This document shows, piece after piece, positions 53,959-64,000 of a stretch of DNA of 64,000 nucleotides. Both the position numbers and the translations under genes were made by a program. Source of the stretch: Bacteroidota bacterium (GTDB lineage Bacteria > Bacteroidota > Bacteroidia > CAIKAF01); the NCBI GenBank assembly GCA_016866335.1, contig VGMT01000004.1, forward strand, positions 15,294 to 79,293, written 5' to 3'. The notes beneath the pieces are model-generated. The model had not been told where the DNA came from and did no database searches. It saw only the letters and a list, made by a program, of their open reading frames with translations. Position 1 is the first letter of the stretch. Every line of letters starts with the position of its first letter.

Positions 53959-54866
53959 TGTCGGCCACCGTTTACCATACCGCCGTGTTGCTCAACGAAA
54001 CGGTGGACGCTCTTTGCATGAAACCCGACGGGGTGTACGTTGATGCCACTTTTGGCGGCGGTGGGCACAGCCGTGAAATGCTGAAGCGCCTTGGTGCCAA
54101 CGGTCGTTTGTTGGCCTTCGACCAAGACCCGGACGCACGGCAGAACCTTCCGGAAGACGAACGATTGACCTTTATTGCCTCCAATTTTCGGCACCTAGAT
54201 TCGTACCTTAACGTTTACAAAGCAGAACGTGTCGATGGTATTTTGGCCGATTTGGGTGTGTCTTCGCATCAGTTGGATGCCGCGGAACGTGGCTTTACCC
54301 ACCGGGTTGAAAGTCCCTTAGATATGCGAATGGGGCCCAATGTGCCCTTTACCGCAGCTCAGGTGCTAAATACCGCAAGCCAAGAAGAGTTGACGCGTAT
54401 TTTTAAGGAGTACGGCGAGGTGAAATTGGCCTATCGGCTCGCTCAGCGCATTGTGGAACGCCGCGCAGAGTTTCCGTTTGAGCGTTCAATCGATTTGCGT
54501 CCTATGCTGAAAGGGCTTTGTCCCCCAGACGGGGAGTTGCGCTTGGCGGCACAGGTTTTTCAGGCTTTGCGCATTCATGTGAACGATGAACTTTCGGCCC
54601 TTCGAGATTTTTTGCAAAGCGCTGCTCTTTCTTTGAAACAGGGCGGTCGGGTTGCCGTAATCTCGTACCATTCTTTGGAAGACCGCTTGGTTAAGCACTT
54701 TTTTAGGTCGGGCAATTTTTCAGATGAAGCCTCAACCGACCTTTTTGGCAAGCCATTGCGCCCCTTGAATCCAATTAATAGGCAGGCAATCGTACCTAAT
54801 TCAGAAGAACTTGCCGAGAATCCCCGTTCCCGCAGTGCAAAACTTAGAATAGCTCAGAAAGCATGA
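53958..54866 (+). CDS. rsmH: 16S rRNA (cytosine1402-N4)-methyltransferase RsmH
   Basis: YHTAVLLNETVDAL..VYVDATFGGGGHS..DLGVSSHQLD..ISYHSLEDRLVK..NPRSRSAKLR. Confidence 0.96.
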   Translation: MSATVYHTAVLLNETVDALCMKPDGVYVDATFGGGGHSREMLKRLGANGRLLAFDQDPDARQNLPEDERLTFIASNFRHLDSYLNVYKAERVDGILADLGVSSHQLDAAERGFTHRVESPLDMRMGPNVPFTAAQVLNTASQEELTRIFKEYGEVKLAYRLAQRIVERRAEFPFERSIDLRPMLKGLCPPDGELRLAAQVFQALRIHVNDELSALRDFLQSAALSLKQGGRVAVISYHSLEDRLVKHFFRSGNFSDEASTDLFGKPLRPLNPINRQAIVPNSEELAENPRSRSAKLRIAQKA

Positions 54867-55246
54867 TTCGCGAGAAAAAACCGACTGCGGCACCCACAGC
54901 CGAGGGCAAGGGCGGAGGTTCTTGGTTGATGTCGTTCCTTCGTGCGGAGTTGATTGATCCGGCTTGGGTCTTTGCCCATGCCAGTTACGTGCTTTTTTTA
55001 ACCGGCCTAGGTTTGGTGTACATCGCAGCCTCGTACATGTCATTGAACAGCATTCGCCGTTTGGATGGCCTAGAGAAAAACATCAAGGTTTTAAAGGCGG
55101 TAAGCATTGAGCAAGAAAACCAGCTGATGGAGCTTTCGAAAAAGGGAAGGCTGGAAGATTTGTTGGTGGAGCGGGGCATTAGCATCGCTTCAGAACCACC
55201 CCATGTTATGGTCGTTTCGGTCGATAGCCTAGCAGAACTATACTGA
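54863..55246 (+). CDS. FtsL-like cell division protein (single TM plus coiled coil)
   Basis: 127 aa in the canonical dcw position between rsmH and ftsI. One TM (VLFLTGLGLVYIAASY) followed by a coiled-coil-like segment. Confidence 0.75.
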   Translation: MIREKKPTAAPTAEGKGGGSWLMSFLRAELIDPAWVFAHASYVLFLTGLGLVYIAASYMSLNSIRRLDGLEKNIKVLKAVSIEQENQLMELSKKGRLEDLLVERGISIASEPPHVMVVSVDSLAELY

Positions 55247-55248
55247 AC

Positions 55249-57300
55249 ATGTCTACCAAACAAACCATATCAAGGAAAACAAATTTGGTGGCGTTGTTCA
55301 TCTTGGTTGGGGCATTGGCCGTGGTAGGTCGGGTGGTCCATATTCAGGTGGTCGAGGGTGAAAAATGGAGAGAAACCGCTCGGAAACAATCGGAATTTGT
55401 TCAACGTATTGAACCGGTGCGGGGCAATATCTTGGCTACCGATGGTTCTTTTTTGGCCATTTCTTTGCCCATTTACGATGTGTTTTGGGATTTAAGCTGC
55501 CCAGGAGCTCACAGAGACTCACTACGGAAATATGCGCGCACCATAGGAGAGGGCTTGGTGAAAATACTAAAAAAGGGCAAAGCCTCCGATTATATGAACA
55601 ACATATATGCGGCACAACGTATTCCGGCGCGGTACTTTTGTCTGGCCCGGGGGCTTCGGCATCACCAGGTAGAAGCCATAAAAAAATTACCCATTTTGTC
55701 AATGCCGCCCTACAAAGGGGGTATGATTGTAGAAAGCCGAAGTACCCGCGAAAAACCCTTGGGCATTTTAGCATCTAGGACCATTGGGCGGGTATCGGCC
55801 AACGAAGAACGCTTAGGTCTTGAGGCGGCATACGATTCCGAACTGATAGGCAAGCAAGGGCTTCGGTTTATGGAAAAGCTATCAAAAAATGTGGTTAGGC
55901 CCGTTTTTGGTGAAAATGCAGTTGAACCCGAAGACGGTCTAGACATTAAAAGCAGCATAGATGCTGAAATTCAAGAGGTATTGGAAAATGAACTGAATCG
56001 ACAGTTGATCGCAAGCCAGGCCGACCACGGAACAGCGGTTGTGATGGAAGTGAAAACCGGTTACATTCGGGCGATTGCCAACCTGAAGCGCGGAGACGAT
56101 GGGAACTACTATGAAAGCTACAACTATGCAATAGGAGAGAGCATAGAACCTGGCTCAACCATGAAACTGGCCTCCATGCTGGCCTTGCTAGAAGATGGAT
56201 TTGTACATTCTTCCGATACAATTCAAACCGGTTCTGGAGAACTGGTTTTAGCACCTAATGTTACCCTTCACGACAGCAAAACAGGGGGGCACGGGAAAAT
56301 CTCTGTGGCCAAGGCTTTTGAGGTAAGCTCCAACATCGCAATGGCAAAAATGGTGCTTAAACACTACAAAAACCAGCCAGAAAAGTTCTTGGAACACTAC
56401 CGCAGACTTGGGCTCGACAAGCCAACCGGGATTGAAATTCCCGGAGAGGGCAATCCTTTGGTTAAGCGCCCCGGCGACGAGGGCTGGAGTATGCTCACGA
56501 TGCCTATGATGGCCATTGGGTACGAAATCAGGCAAACCCCATTGCAAATTTTAACCATGTTTAATGGCATCGCCAATGGTGGCGTACGAATGAAACCCCT
56601 GTTTGTAGAGGCTATTTTGGAACGCGGAAAGGCCATAAAAACGTTCCCTCCAATGCCCTTGGGCGACAGGATGTGCTCAGACACCACCCTAGCTCAACTC
56701 ATGGCAATGATGACGGGCGTAGTTCAAAATGGAACCGCCTCCAATTTAAAAGGCCATGTAATTCCCATTGCAGGAAAAACAGGCACCGTGAAAATTTCAG
56801 CCGGAAAACAAGGCTACACCAAGACCTACCAGGCCAGTTTTTGCGGGTTTTTTCCAGCGGATAATCCGAGTTATTCATGCATAGTGGCCGTAACAAATCC
56901 ATCGGCCAATGCCTATTACGGGAATGTGGTGGCAGGGCCAGTATTTAAAAAAGTCGCCGACCAAGTATATTCCAATTCGTACAAGGTCAATCGTTTTCAC
57001 TACTCCAAAACACCCCGCCCAGCCGCCTTGCCCTTGGTGTACAATGGAGCAGTAGATCAGGCAAAAATGCTCAAAAAGTACCTGCCTGTTAACATTAAAG
57101 TGGCAGTCCATAGGCCAACAAAGGACCCCAAGGCCATGCCCGATTTGCAAGGCTGGAATGTTACTGATGCTGTGGTGGCCTTGGCCGAACGCGGCATTTC
57201 TCCACGAATAATAGGTCAAGGCAAGGTGCGCAAGCAAACGCCGGCTCCAGGTACGCATTATCCTGAAAATACATTGGTTTTATTGGAATTGGCCCCATGA
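55249..57300 (+). CDS. ftsI: Penicillin-binding protein 3-type transpeptidase with a C-terminal PASTA domain
   Basis: SxxK in PGSTMKLAS, SxN in EVSSNIA, KTG in AGKTGTV. C-terminal PASTA-like MPDLQGWNVTDAVVALAERGISPRIIGQGKV. Confidence 0.93.
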   Translation: MSTKQTISRKTNLVALFILVGALAVVGRVVHIQVVEGEKWRETARKQSEFVQRIEPVRGNILATDGSFLAISLPIYDVFWDLSCPGAHRDSLRKYARTIGEGLVKILKKGKASDYMNNIYAAQRIPARYFCLARGLRHHQVEAIKKLPILSMPPYKGGMIVESRSTREKPLGILASRTIGRVSANEERLGLEAAYDSELIGKQGLRFMEKLSKNVVRPVFGENAVEPEDGLDIKSSIDAEIQEVLENELNRQLIASQADHGTAVVMEVKTGYIRAIANLKRGDDGNYYESYNYAIGESIEPGSTMKLASMLALLEDGFVHSSDTIQTGSGELVLAPNVTLHDSKTGGHGKISVAKAFEVSSNIAMAKMVLKHYKNQPEKFLEHYRRLGLDKPTGIEIPGEGNPLVKRPGDEGWSMLTMPMMAIGYEIRQTPLQILTMFNGIANGGVRMKPLFVEAILERGKAIKTFPPMPLGDRMCSDTTLAQLMAMMTGVVQNGTASNLKGHVIPIAGKTGTVKISAGKQGYTKTYQASFCGFFPADNPSYSCIVAVTNPSANAYYGNVVAGPVFKKVADQVYSNSYKVNRFHYSKTPRPAALPLVYNGAVDQAKMLKKYLPVNIKVAVHRPTKDPKAMPDLQGWNVTDAVVALAERGISPRIIGQGKVRKQTPAPGTHYPENTLVLLELAP

Positions 57301-58763
57301 AAATACTGCGCGACATACTGTTTCGGGTTTCCATTGTTGAGGTGGTAGGTTCTACCAATCTGGCCATTGAAGGCTTATCGGCCGATTCCCGACGGGTTGG
57401 TAAAAACAGCTTGTTCTTTGCCTGCCGTGGAACCCAGGTCGATGGCCATGCCTACATTTCTTTGGCAATCGAATTGGGGGCTATTGCAGTCCTCTGCGAT
57501 GACCTTCCTGAACAGCTCTTACCACATATAACCTATGTTCGGGTCGCTAATTCCGCAGCGACTATGGGTTGGGTTGCCGCCAACTTCCACGGCAATCCAT
57601 CTTCAAAACTGAAGGTGGTGGGCGTCACTGGAACCAACGGAAAAACCTCGGTGGCTACCGGATTGTACGATTTGTTTAGCAAAATGGGATTCGCATGTGG
57701 GCTGCTTTCAACCGTTGAAAACCGAATAGGTGCCGAGGTGGTTCCTGCCACCCACACCACCCCCGATGCCATTAGCCTACAGGCTTTTTTTCAAAGTATG
57801 GTGGATAAAGGAATAGGGTATTGCTTTATGGAGGTCAGCTCCCACGCCTTAGATCAACACCGAACCACAGGTGTTGAGTTTGCCGGCGCTATTTTCACGA
57901 ACATTACCCAAGACCACCTTGATTACCATAAAACCTTTGCCCGGTACATTGAGGCAAAGAAAAAATTGTTTGATGCACTGCCTTCCCAGGCTTGGGCTTT
58001 GGTAAACGGCGATGACCGAAATGCCAAGGTTATGCTGCAAAATTGCAAGGCCTCCTTCCAATATACCTACGGGCTGCGTGGCGATGAAGACATTAAGGGT
58101 AAAATTGTAGAGAATAGCCTTGACGGTTTATTGCTCCAAATACAGCAAAAGGAAATTTCAACCCCATTTGTTGGCAAGTTTAACGCCAGCAATCTTTTAG
58201 CCATGTATGGGGCAGCGGTTTTATTGAAGCAGAATTCCGATTCTGTTTTAACACATTTAAGCATGATTGGCCCACCGGCGGGAAGGTTTCAACGCTTAAG
58301 CAAACCAGGTTGCCCCACCGTTTTTGTAGATTATGCCCATACGCCCGATGCATTGGAAAAGGTATTGATGACCTTGAAGGAATCAACACAGGGCCAGGGA
58401 CATATTATTACTGTGGTAGGTTGCGGCGGAAATAGAGACGCCACAAAGCGACCAATAATGGGTAAAATATCGGCCCAATACAGTTGGAAAAGCATTTTTA
58501 CGTCCGACAACCCTAGGAATGAGGATCCTTCTGCCATAATAAAGGCTATGCAATCGGAGTTAAGTTTAGAGGAAAAGGTGTCGGTACTCACCATCGAATC
58601 TAGGTCTGAGGCCATAAAAGCAGCCTTTAAATTGGCAATGCCTTACGATGTGATTCTAATCGCAGGAAAAGGCCATGAAAACTACCAAGAAATACAAGGT
58701 CAAAAGCAGCCTTTCGATGATGCAACAGAGGCCCGTAACGATCTTAACGAATATAATTCCTAA
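57297..58763 (+). CDS. murE: UDP-MurNAc-L-Ala-D-Glu:meso-DAP ligase
   Basis: [10 protein letters not shown]. ..[10 protein letters not shown]... [10 protein letters not shown] (the DNPR motif of DAP-adding enzymes). Confidence 0.95.
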   Translation: MKILRDILFRVSIVEVVGSTNLAIEGLSADSRRVGKNSLFFACRGTQVDGHAYISLAIELGAIAVLCDDLPEQLLPHITYVRVANSAATMGWVAANFHGNPSSKLKVVGVTGTNGKTSVATGLYDLFSKMGFACGLLSTVENRIGAEVVPATHTTPDAISLQAFFQSMVDKGIGYCFMEVSSHALDQHRTTGVEFAGAIFTNITQDHLDYHKTFARYIEAKKKLFDALPSQAWALVNGDDRNAKVMLQNCKASFQYTYGLRGDEDIKGKIVENSLDGLLLQIQQKEISTPFVGKFNASNLLAMYGAAVLLKQNSDSVLTHLSMIGPPAGRFQRLSKPGCPTVFVDYAHTPDALEKVLMTLKESTQGQGHIITVVGCGGNRDATKRPIMGKISAQYSWKSIFTSDNPRNEDPSAIIKAMQSELSLEEKVSVLTIESRSEAIKAAFKLAMPYDVILIAGKGHENYQEIQGQKQPFDDATEARNDLNEYNS

Positions 58764-58768
58764 TCGCT

Positions 58769-59956
58769 ATGTTGTATTACCTATTTGATGCATTGGACCA
58801 GGCAGGGTTACCCGGAGCAGGAGTGTTTCGGTTTTTGTCGTTTCGTGCCGGCTTGGCCTTGCTTATTTCTTTGCTCATTTCAGCCGTATTTGGAAAGCAA
58901 CTGATTGCTTTATTGCGAAGAAAACAAGTAGGGGAGTCGGTTCGCGATTTGGGGCTGGAAGGCCAATTGTCTAAAGCGGGCACTCCAACCATGGGGGGCT
59001 TAATTATTCTGGCTGCGATTTTATTGCCTACGCTGTTAATGGCTAAGTTGGACAATGTTTACATCGTTTTAATGCTGATTTCTACGCTTTGGCTTGGCTT
59101 GATTGGGTTTATTGATGATTACATTAAGGTCTTTAAAAAAGATAAACGCGGTTTGGCTGGAAAGTTTAAAGTGGTGGGGCAAATCGGTCTGGGTTTATTG
59201 GTGGGCAGCATTTTATACTCCCACCCTTCTGTGGTGGTTCGCATGTTCAATAACCAAGGGGCCTACGTGGATTCTCACCGTTTGCTTACAACCTTACCCT
59301 TTATTAAAGGGCACGAATTGGATTATGGAACCATAATGTCGTGGGTACATCAAGGATGGGACGCCTATGCATGGCTTCTTTTTATTCCGATGGTCATATT
59401 TGTTATTACGGCGGTTTCAAATGGAGCAAATATGACCGACGGCTTAGATGGTTTGGCTACAGGAGTTTCCGCTATCATCGGATTGGTTCTTGGCATTTTC
59501 GCGTACGTAAGCGGCAACCTAAAATTTGCCGACTACCTCAATATCATGTACATACCCAATTCGGGCGAATTGGTTGTTTTTTCTGCCGCTTTTGTTGGAG
59601 CCTGCGTTGGCTTTCTTTGGTACAATTCATTTCCGGCTCAGGTTTTTATGGGCGATACCGGCTCTTTATCCCTTGGGGGAATTATTGCCGTTTTGGCTAT
59701 TTCATTGCGCAAGGAATTAATGATTCCAATTCTTTGCGGTGTGTTTTTGGTTGAAAACCTGTCGGTGATTTTGCAGGTGAGTTACTTTAAATATACCAAG
59801 GCTCGATTCGGAGAGGGGCGCAGAATATTCAAAATGTCGCCTCTTCACCACCACTACCAAAAGCTGGGCTGGCATGAAGCTAAAATTGTTGCGCGCTTCT
59901 GGATTGTGGGTTTGGCTTTGGCCGCCCTAACCATTATAACTCTGAAATTGCGATGA
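58769..59956 (+). CDS. mraY: Phospho-N-acetylmuramoyl-pentapeptide transferase
   Basis: ..KAGTPTMGG.., ..GFIDDYIKV.., ..[13 protein letters not shown].., ..FMGDTGSL.., ..[11 protein letters not shown]... Confidence 0.97.
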   Translation: MLYYLFDALDQAGLPGAGVFRFLSFRAGLALLISLLISAVFGKQLIALLRRKQVGESVRDLGLEGQLSKAGTPTMGGLIILAAILLPTLLMAKLDNVYIVLMLISTLWLGLIGFIDDYIKVFKKDKRGLAGKFKVVGQIGLGLLVGSILYSHPSVVVRMFNNQGAYVDSHRLLTTLPFIKGHELDYGTIMSWVHQGWDAYAWLLFIPMVIFVITAVSNGANMTDGLDGLATGVSAIIGLVLGIFAYVSGNLKFADYLNIMYIPNSGELVVFSAAFVGACVGFLWYNSFPAQVFMGDTGSLSLGGIIAVLAISLRKELMIPILCGVFLVENLSVILQVSYFKYTKARFGEGRRIFKMSPLHHHYQKLGWHEAKIVARFWIVGLALAALTIITLKLR

Positions 59957-61308
59957 GCAAAAGCCCTAATATTTTGGTTTTGGGTGCCGGAGAAAGCGGT
60001 TTAGGCGCAGCTATGCTAGCCCGAAAAAAGGGTTTTAGCTGTTTGGTGTCCGATTCGAAAGCCGTCGCCAGTTCAAGCAAAGACCTTCTTCATAATTGTG
60101 GCGCAGAACTAGAAGAGCTGGGGCATGTTCTTGCTCAGAGCTCTGGGCCTGATGTCGTAGTTAAAAGCCCCGGTATTCCAAACGAAAACCCATTGGTTCA
60201 GGAATTTCTCAAAAAGGGTGTTCCAGTTGTTTCTGAAATTGAGTTTGCCGCAGGTTTCAGCTCGGCGAAACTGACAGGAATTACAGGAACCAACGGAAAA
60301 ACCACCACCACAAATTTGGTTTATCATTTATACAAACGAGCCGGATTAAGCGTGGGCATGGGCGGCAATGTCGGTGTTTCTTTTGCTCGATTGTTGGCCG
60401 AGGAAACGGAACCTAAGGACCATTATGTATTGGAGGTTTCTAGTTTTCAGTTGGACAATACGCCCACAACCCGCTTTCATACCGGCATTGTATTAAACAT
60501 TACTCCTGATCACCTTGATCGGTATCATTATCAATTCAATTTGTACGCCGATGCAAAAATAAAATTGCTGGCCAACCAACAGCCTGAAGACCATTATGTT
60601 TTTTGTGCCGAAGATCCCGGCAACCTTGAAGCTTTGGAAAGAAACAAACACCTTTTAAAAGGCCAACCTCACCCTTTTGGAATTCATTATCAACCCAGGT
60701 TTTCGGCCTGGACAGAATCAAAGTATATGTATATTAAAGACAAGCACCTTACCCTAGACATGCTGATTTCTGATTTGGCTTTGCCCGGCCAGCATAATGT
60801 GTACAACTCAATGGCAGCTGCTATTGCCGCACGTGTTCAAGAAATTGGCAAGGAAGAAATTCGAGAGGCCCTATCGGATTTTCAAAACATTGAACACCGC
60901 ATGGAGTTCGTTTTGAAAATAAAAGGAATGGATTTTATCAATGACTCCAAGGCAACCAACATCAATGCCGCTTGGTATGCCCTAGATTGCTACGATGGCC
61001 CACTAATTTGGATTGTGGGTGGTGTTGACAAGGGAAATGATTACGAGGCCTTGAAGGAATTGGTTCAACAAAAAGTAAAGGCCATAATTTGTTTGGGAAA
61101 AGACAACGATAAAATTCGGTCGGCCTTCCAGGAATTGGTTCCTGAATGGATGGAAACCCAATCGATGGACGAGGCCGTTCGTGCAGCATATTATCTTGGC
61201 AAATCAGGAGACACCGTTTTGCTGTCGCCTGCCTGCGCCAGTTTTGACTTATTCGAAAACTACGAAGACCGGGGTCGTCAATTTAAATCGGCTGTTCGCA
61301 ATTTATAA
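59953..61308 (+). CDS. murD: UDP-MurNAc-L-alanine:D-glutamate ligase
   Basis: [25 protein letters not shown]. ..DSKATN... ..[10 protein letters not shown]... Confidence 0.96.
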   Translation: MSKSPNILVLGAGESGLGAAMLARKKGFSCLVSDSKAVASSSKDLLHNCGAELEELGHVLAQSSGPDVVVKSPGIPNENPLVQEFLKKGVPVVSEIEFAAGFSSAKLTGITGTNGKTTTTNLVYHLYKRAGLSVGMGGNVGVSFARLLAEETEPKDHYVLEVSSFQLDNTPTTRFHTGIVLNITPDHLDRYHYQFNLYADAKIKLLANQQPEDHYVFCAEDPGNLEALERNKHLLKGQPHPFGIHYQPRFSAWTESKYMYIKDKHLTLDMLISDLALPGQHNVYNSMAAAIAARVQEIGKEEIREALSDFQNIEHRMEFVLKIKGMDFINDSKATNINAAWYALDCYDGPLIWIVGGVDKGNDYEALKELVQQKVKAIICLGKDNDKIRSAFQELVPEWMETQSMDEAVRAAYYLGKSGDTVLLSPACASFDLFENYEDRGRQFKSAVRNL

Positions 61309-62480
61309 TGAAAAATTGGTCAACATATCTTAAGGGCGATGCCCTTATTTGGTTGGTGGTGTTCTTCCTTTCCATCGTCTCGTTGCTTGCTGTTTACAGC
61401 GCTGCTGGGTCTTTGGCATATCAAAACAATGGAGGAACTGCCGAAGCCTATTTGTTTGACCGTTTTAAATTTATAGTTCTTGGACTTCTCACGATGTATT
61501 TGGCCCATAAAGTGCCTTTCAGGGTGTATGGGTTGGTGGGCACCCTTGGTATTGTTGTGGTGGTTCCTTTGTTGGTGTTAACGCTGTTTATGGGGTCGAA
61601 CATAAACGATGCGAGCCGATGGCTGCGCATTCCAGGGCTGCCATTCTCCATTCAAACTTCCGATTTAGCCAAGCTATTTCTTGTTCTTTACCTAGCCAAG
61701 CGTTTAGCCACCGCTCAGCCGGTGTTGACGGATTTTGTAAAAGGCTTTTTACCCTTGGCTATTCCGTTGGTTTTGGTCACCGTTCTAGTGCTACCGGCAA
61801 ATTTTTCAACCGCCGCTTTGTTGTTTTTGATTGGTTTAATCATGATGTTTATTGGCGGCGTGCCCTACAAGTATTTGTTTGGTTTGGTGGGGACCGGAAT
61901 TGCAGGGTTGATGCTGTTGGTTCTTTTGGCCATGGCTTTGCCAGGAGTTCTGCCCCGCCTTTCAACTTGGAAAGCCCGAATTGAAAATTTTACATCAGAC
62001 GAACCCAAGGATGCCTACCAGATTGAACAGGCTAAAATGTCTATTTCTATGGGAGGAATAGTGGGCCAAGGACCAGGGAATAACGCTGGTAAGTACCGCC
62101 TACCCCAAAGCTACTCCGATTTTATTTTTGCCATGATCATTGGTGAATATGGGATGCTCGGAACGGTCTTTTTGCCCCTTGCTTTCATTTTTTTGCTGTA
62201 CCGTTGTTTAAAAGTGGGTGGGCGAAGCCAAAGTGCATTTGGAACCTTTGCCGCTTATGGAATCGGATTGTCAATTGCCCTTCAAGCTTTTATTAATATG
62301 GCGGTAGCGGTGAATTTGTTCCCAGTTACAGGGCAGCCCTTACCTTGGGTGTCAATGGGGGGTACCTCAACCATCATTACCGGTTTGACCTTGGGTATTG
62401 TACTAAGTATTTCAAGAGGCGAAGCGAATTCGCAAGAACCATTAACTACGGTGCAGGGGGGCCAGTTGTCGCATGGCTAA
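61308..62480 (+). CDS. ftsW: FtsW/RodA/SpoVE-family peptidoglycan glycosyltransferase
   Basis: Polytopic. ..RWLRIPGLPFSIQTSDLAKL.., ..SDFIFAMIGEYG.., ..PVTGQPLPWVSMGGTS... Confidence 0.93.
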   Translation: MKNWSTYLKGDALIWLVVFFLSIVSLLAVYSAAGSLAYQNNGGTAEAYLFDRFKFIVLGLLTMYLAHKVPFRVYGLVGTLGIVVVVPLLVLTLFMGSNINDASRWLRIPGLPFSIQTSDLAKLFLVLYLAKRLATAQPVLTDFVKGFLPLAIPLVLVTVLVLPANFSTAALLFLIGLIMMFIGGVPYKYLFGLVGTGIAGLMLLVLLAMALPGVLPRLSTWKARIENFTSDEPKDAYQIEQAKMSISMGGIVGQGPGNNAGKYRLPQSYSDFIFAMIIGEYGMLGTVFLPLAFIFLLYRCLKVGGRSQSAFGTFAAYGIGLSIALQAFINMAVAVNLFPVTGQPLPWVSMGGTSTIITGLTLGIVLSISRGEANSQEPLTTVQGGQLSHG

Positions 62481-63564
62481 ACGATTCGTAATTAGTGGTG
62501 GCGGTACCGGAGGTCACATTTTTCCAGCGATTTCAATCGCCCAAGCAATTCAACAGGAATTGCCCGAAGCAGAGTTCTACTTTGTTGGAGCCTTGGGAAA
62601 AATGGAAATGGAAAAGGTCCCTGCGGCAGGCTTTCCTATCCTGGGCTTGCCTATAAGGGGATTTAACCGGTCCCAACCACTTAAAAACTTGGGATTACCC
62701 TGGGCTTTGTTAAAATCTGTTTGGAAGGCAAACCGATTTTTAGCAAACTGGAAACCCGATGCTGCAATTGGGGTAGGGGGATTTGCTTCCGGAGCACTTG
62801 GCATCGCCGCAATTCAGCGCCAGATACCTTTATTTTTACAAGAACAAAATGCGTTTGCAGGTAAAACAAATTCTTGGCTAGGAAAATTCGCTGTTCGAAT
62901 TTTTGTGGCCCATCCAAACATGGATCGATTTTTTCCAGCCCCAAAAATTGAACGGGCTGGTAATCCTGTTCGCTCGGTTTTTGAAACAGAAGGCCCCCCT
63001 AGGCATACTTGCTTGTCTCATTTTGGCCTAGAATCAAACAAGCCAACATTGTTGATAACGGGGGGCAGTTTAGGCGCCGGAGCCATTAATGCCGCTGTAG
63101 CTACCCCCCTTCAAACCTGGACTCAAAAGGGATATCAGGTAATTTGGCAAACCGGCGAACGGCAATTCGATACGTACAAGCACCTGAATGCAAGGGGTTC
63201 TATTTGGATATCCGCCTTTATTCCCGATATGCAAATTGCTTATTCTGCGGCCGATGTAGTTCTGAGCCGAGCAGGGGCTATGGCAATTGCTGAATTGCTG
63301 GCTGTGAAAAAACCCGCCATTTTGGTTCCCTTACCTTCGGCCGCCGAAGACCATCAAACCCACAATGCCAAATCTCTCGCCGATCAAGGCGCTGCAATTC
63401 ATTTAAAGGAATCGTTGCTTAATGATAAATTGAATGAAACCGTAGAACAGCTTTTAAGCAATGAATCAGCAAGAGATGCTATCCGGGAAAAGCTGTCGGC
63501 CTTACATCAGGCCGGTTCTGCTCAAAAAATAGCCCAATCCATACTTAAGCACCTGTTTCAATGA
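62473..63564 (+). CDS. murG: Lipid II synthase MurG
   Basis: ISGGGTGGHIFPAISIA. ..GGFASG... ..ITGGSLGA... ..SRAGAMAIAEL..PAILVPLP..DHQTHNA. Confidence 0.96.
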   Translation: MAKRFVISGGGTGGHIFPAISIAQAIQQELPEAEFYFVGALGKMEMEKVPAAGFPILGLPIRGFNRSQPLKNLGLPWALLKSVWKANRFLANWKPDAAIGVGGFASGALGIAAIQRQIPLFLQEQNAFAGKTNSWLGKFAVRIFVAHPNMDRFFPAPKIERAGNPVRSVFETEGPPRHTCLSHFGLESNKPTLLITGGSLGAGAINAAVATPLQTWTQKGYQVIWQTGERQFDTYKHLNARGSIWISAFIPDMQIAYSAADVVLSRAGAMAIAELLAVKKPAILVPLPSAAEDHQTHNAKSLADQGAAIHLKESLLNDKLNETVEQLLSNESARDAIREKLSALHQAGSAQKIAQSILKHLFQ

Positions 63565-64000
63565 ACCTTCCCAATCATACCCATGTGTTTTTTATCGGCA
63601 TTGGCGGTGCGGGTATGAGCGCACTTGCTGGTTTGCTGCACGGACATGGTGTGAACGTCGCCGGTTACGATCGTAGCCCAGGAATAATGACCGACAAACT
63701 AAGCCATTTAGGAATTCAAATTGTCTTTGAAGATTCTATAAATCAAATTCCCGCCGCTTGGAACTGCCCTACCACCCTGGTGGTGTACACTCCCGCCATT
63801 CCGACCAACTCCGTTTTGTTGAATTATTTTGCCAATGGTGGAAACAGGGTAATGAAAAGGGCTCAACTAATGGGTGAACTTCTTAAGGAAACTCAAATTT
63901 TAGCCATTGCCGGCACGCATGGCAAAACAACCACTTCAGCCTTATTGATCCATTTGTTAAATGCCTCGAAAATTCCAGCAAATGCTTTGATTGGCGGATA
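63561..64000 (+). CDS. murC: UDP-N-acetylmuramate:L-alanine ligase (5' part only; runs off the right edge and is absent from the ORF track)
   Basis: Hand translation from the ATG at 63561 (ATGA overlap with the murG stop): MNLPNHTHVFFIGIGGAGMSALAGLL..VVYTPAIP..ILAIAGTHGKTTTSAL... Confidence 0.9.
   Translation, partial: MNLPNHTHVFFIGIGGAGMSALAGLLHGHGVNVAGYDRSPGIMTDKLSHLGIQIVFEDSINQIPAAWNCPTTLVVYTPAIPTNSVLLNYFANGGNRVMKRAQLMGELLKETQILAIAGTHGKTTTSALLIHLLNASKIPANALIGG

Noticed and set aside
1-64000. Looked for CRISPR arrays, tRNA/rRNA genes, prophage, integrase or transposase genes, and defence-system signatures.
   Set aside because: No regularly spaced short direct repeats, no cloverleaf-like or rRNA-like conserved stretches, and no ORF with recombinase, transposase, nuclease-helicase or other defence-type motifs were seen. 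The only interspersed repeats are the family A and B elements reported above.

Overview
The window looks like chromosomal DNA from a member of the Bacteroidota. Evidence: T9SS-type C-terminal sorting domains, a PorV-like barrel, SprB-repeat adhesins, an S46 peptidase, TTG-N19/20-TAnnTTTG promoters, and no Shine-Dalgarno sites. I saw no rRNA, tRNA, CRISPR array, transposase or integrase.

Gene content from left to right:
- A GT2 glycosyltransferase (cut by the window edge) with a UPF0104 membrane protein, then ruvC.
- A 9.4 kb three-gene outer-membrane operon: TonB-dependent-receptor-like barrel, a 1518-aa secreted protein with a T9SS-CTD-like tail, and a PorV/PorQ-like barrel.
- greA, a HIT protein and purS.
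- A secreted glycine-rich (ALK/LTK-GRD-like) protein.
- S46 peptidase, polyprenyl synthase and L-2-hydroxyglutarate oxidase.
- Two hypotheticals, one with a C12 tract.
- Nif3 with a COG1579 zinc-ribbon protein, then an EXPERA/TMEM97-like membrane protein.
- An ALDH8/AmnC-like dehydrogenase with RidA, then fmt and HU.
- Two tandem giant T9SS type-B adhesins, followed by two GT2 genes.
- A minus-strand block: anmK, acyl-CoA dehydrogenase, FGE, Cys-type sulfatase and a 111-aa ORF.
- glyA and pgk.
- A stand-alone fully reducing type I PKS (KS-AT-DH-ER-KR-ACP).
- The dcw cluster, mraZ through murC, cut by the right edge.

The signals I consider most worth follow-up that are not explained by proteins:
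1. Two diverged copies of an unassigned structured RNA. Each has the same promoter geometry, conserved sequence blocks and compensatory stem changes (23.6 kb plus strand; 43.0 kb minus strand).
2. A family of GC-rich, hairpin-forming intergenic repeats of about 145-160 nt. There are six copies in two related subfamilies, all parked at the 3' ends of genes, and they show base-pair covariation.
3. The orphan PKS, which sits between these repeats and the dcw operator.

All calls were made by eye from the sequence and the ORF track. No database search was run, so family names are motif-based.
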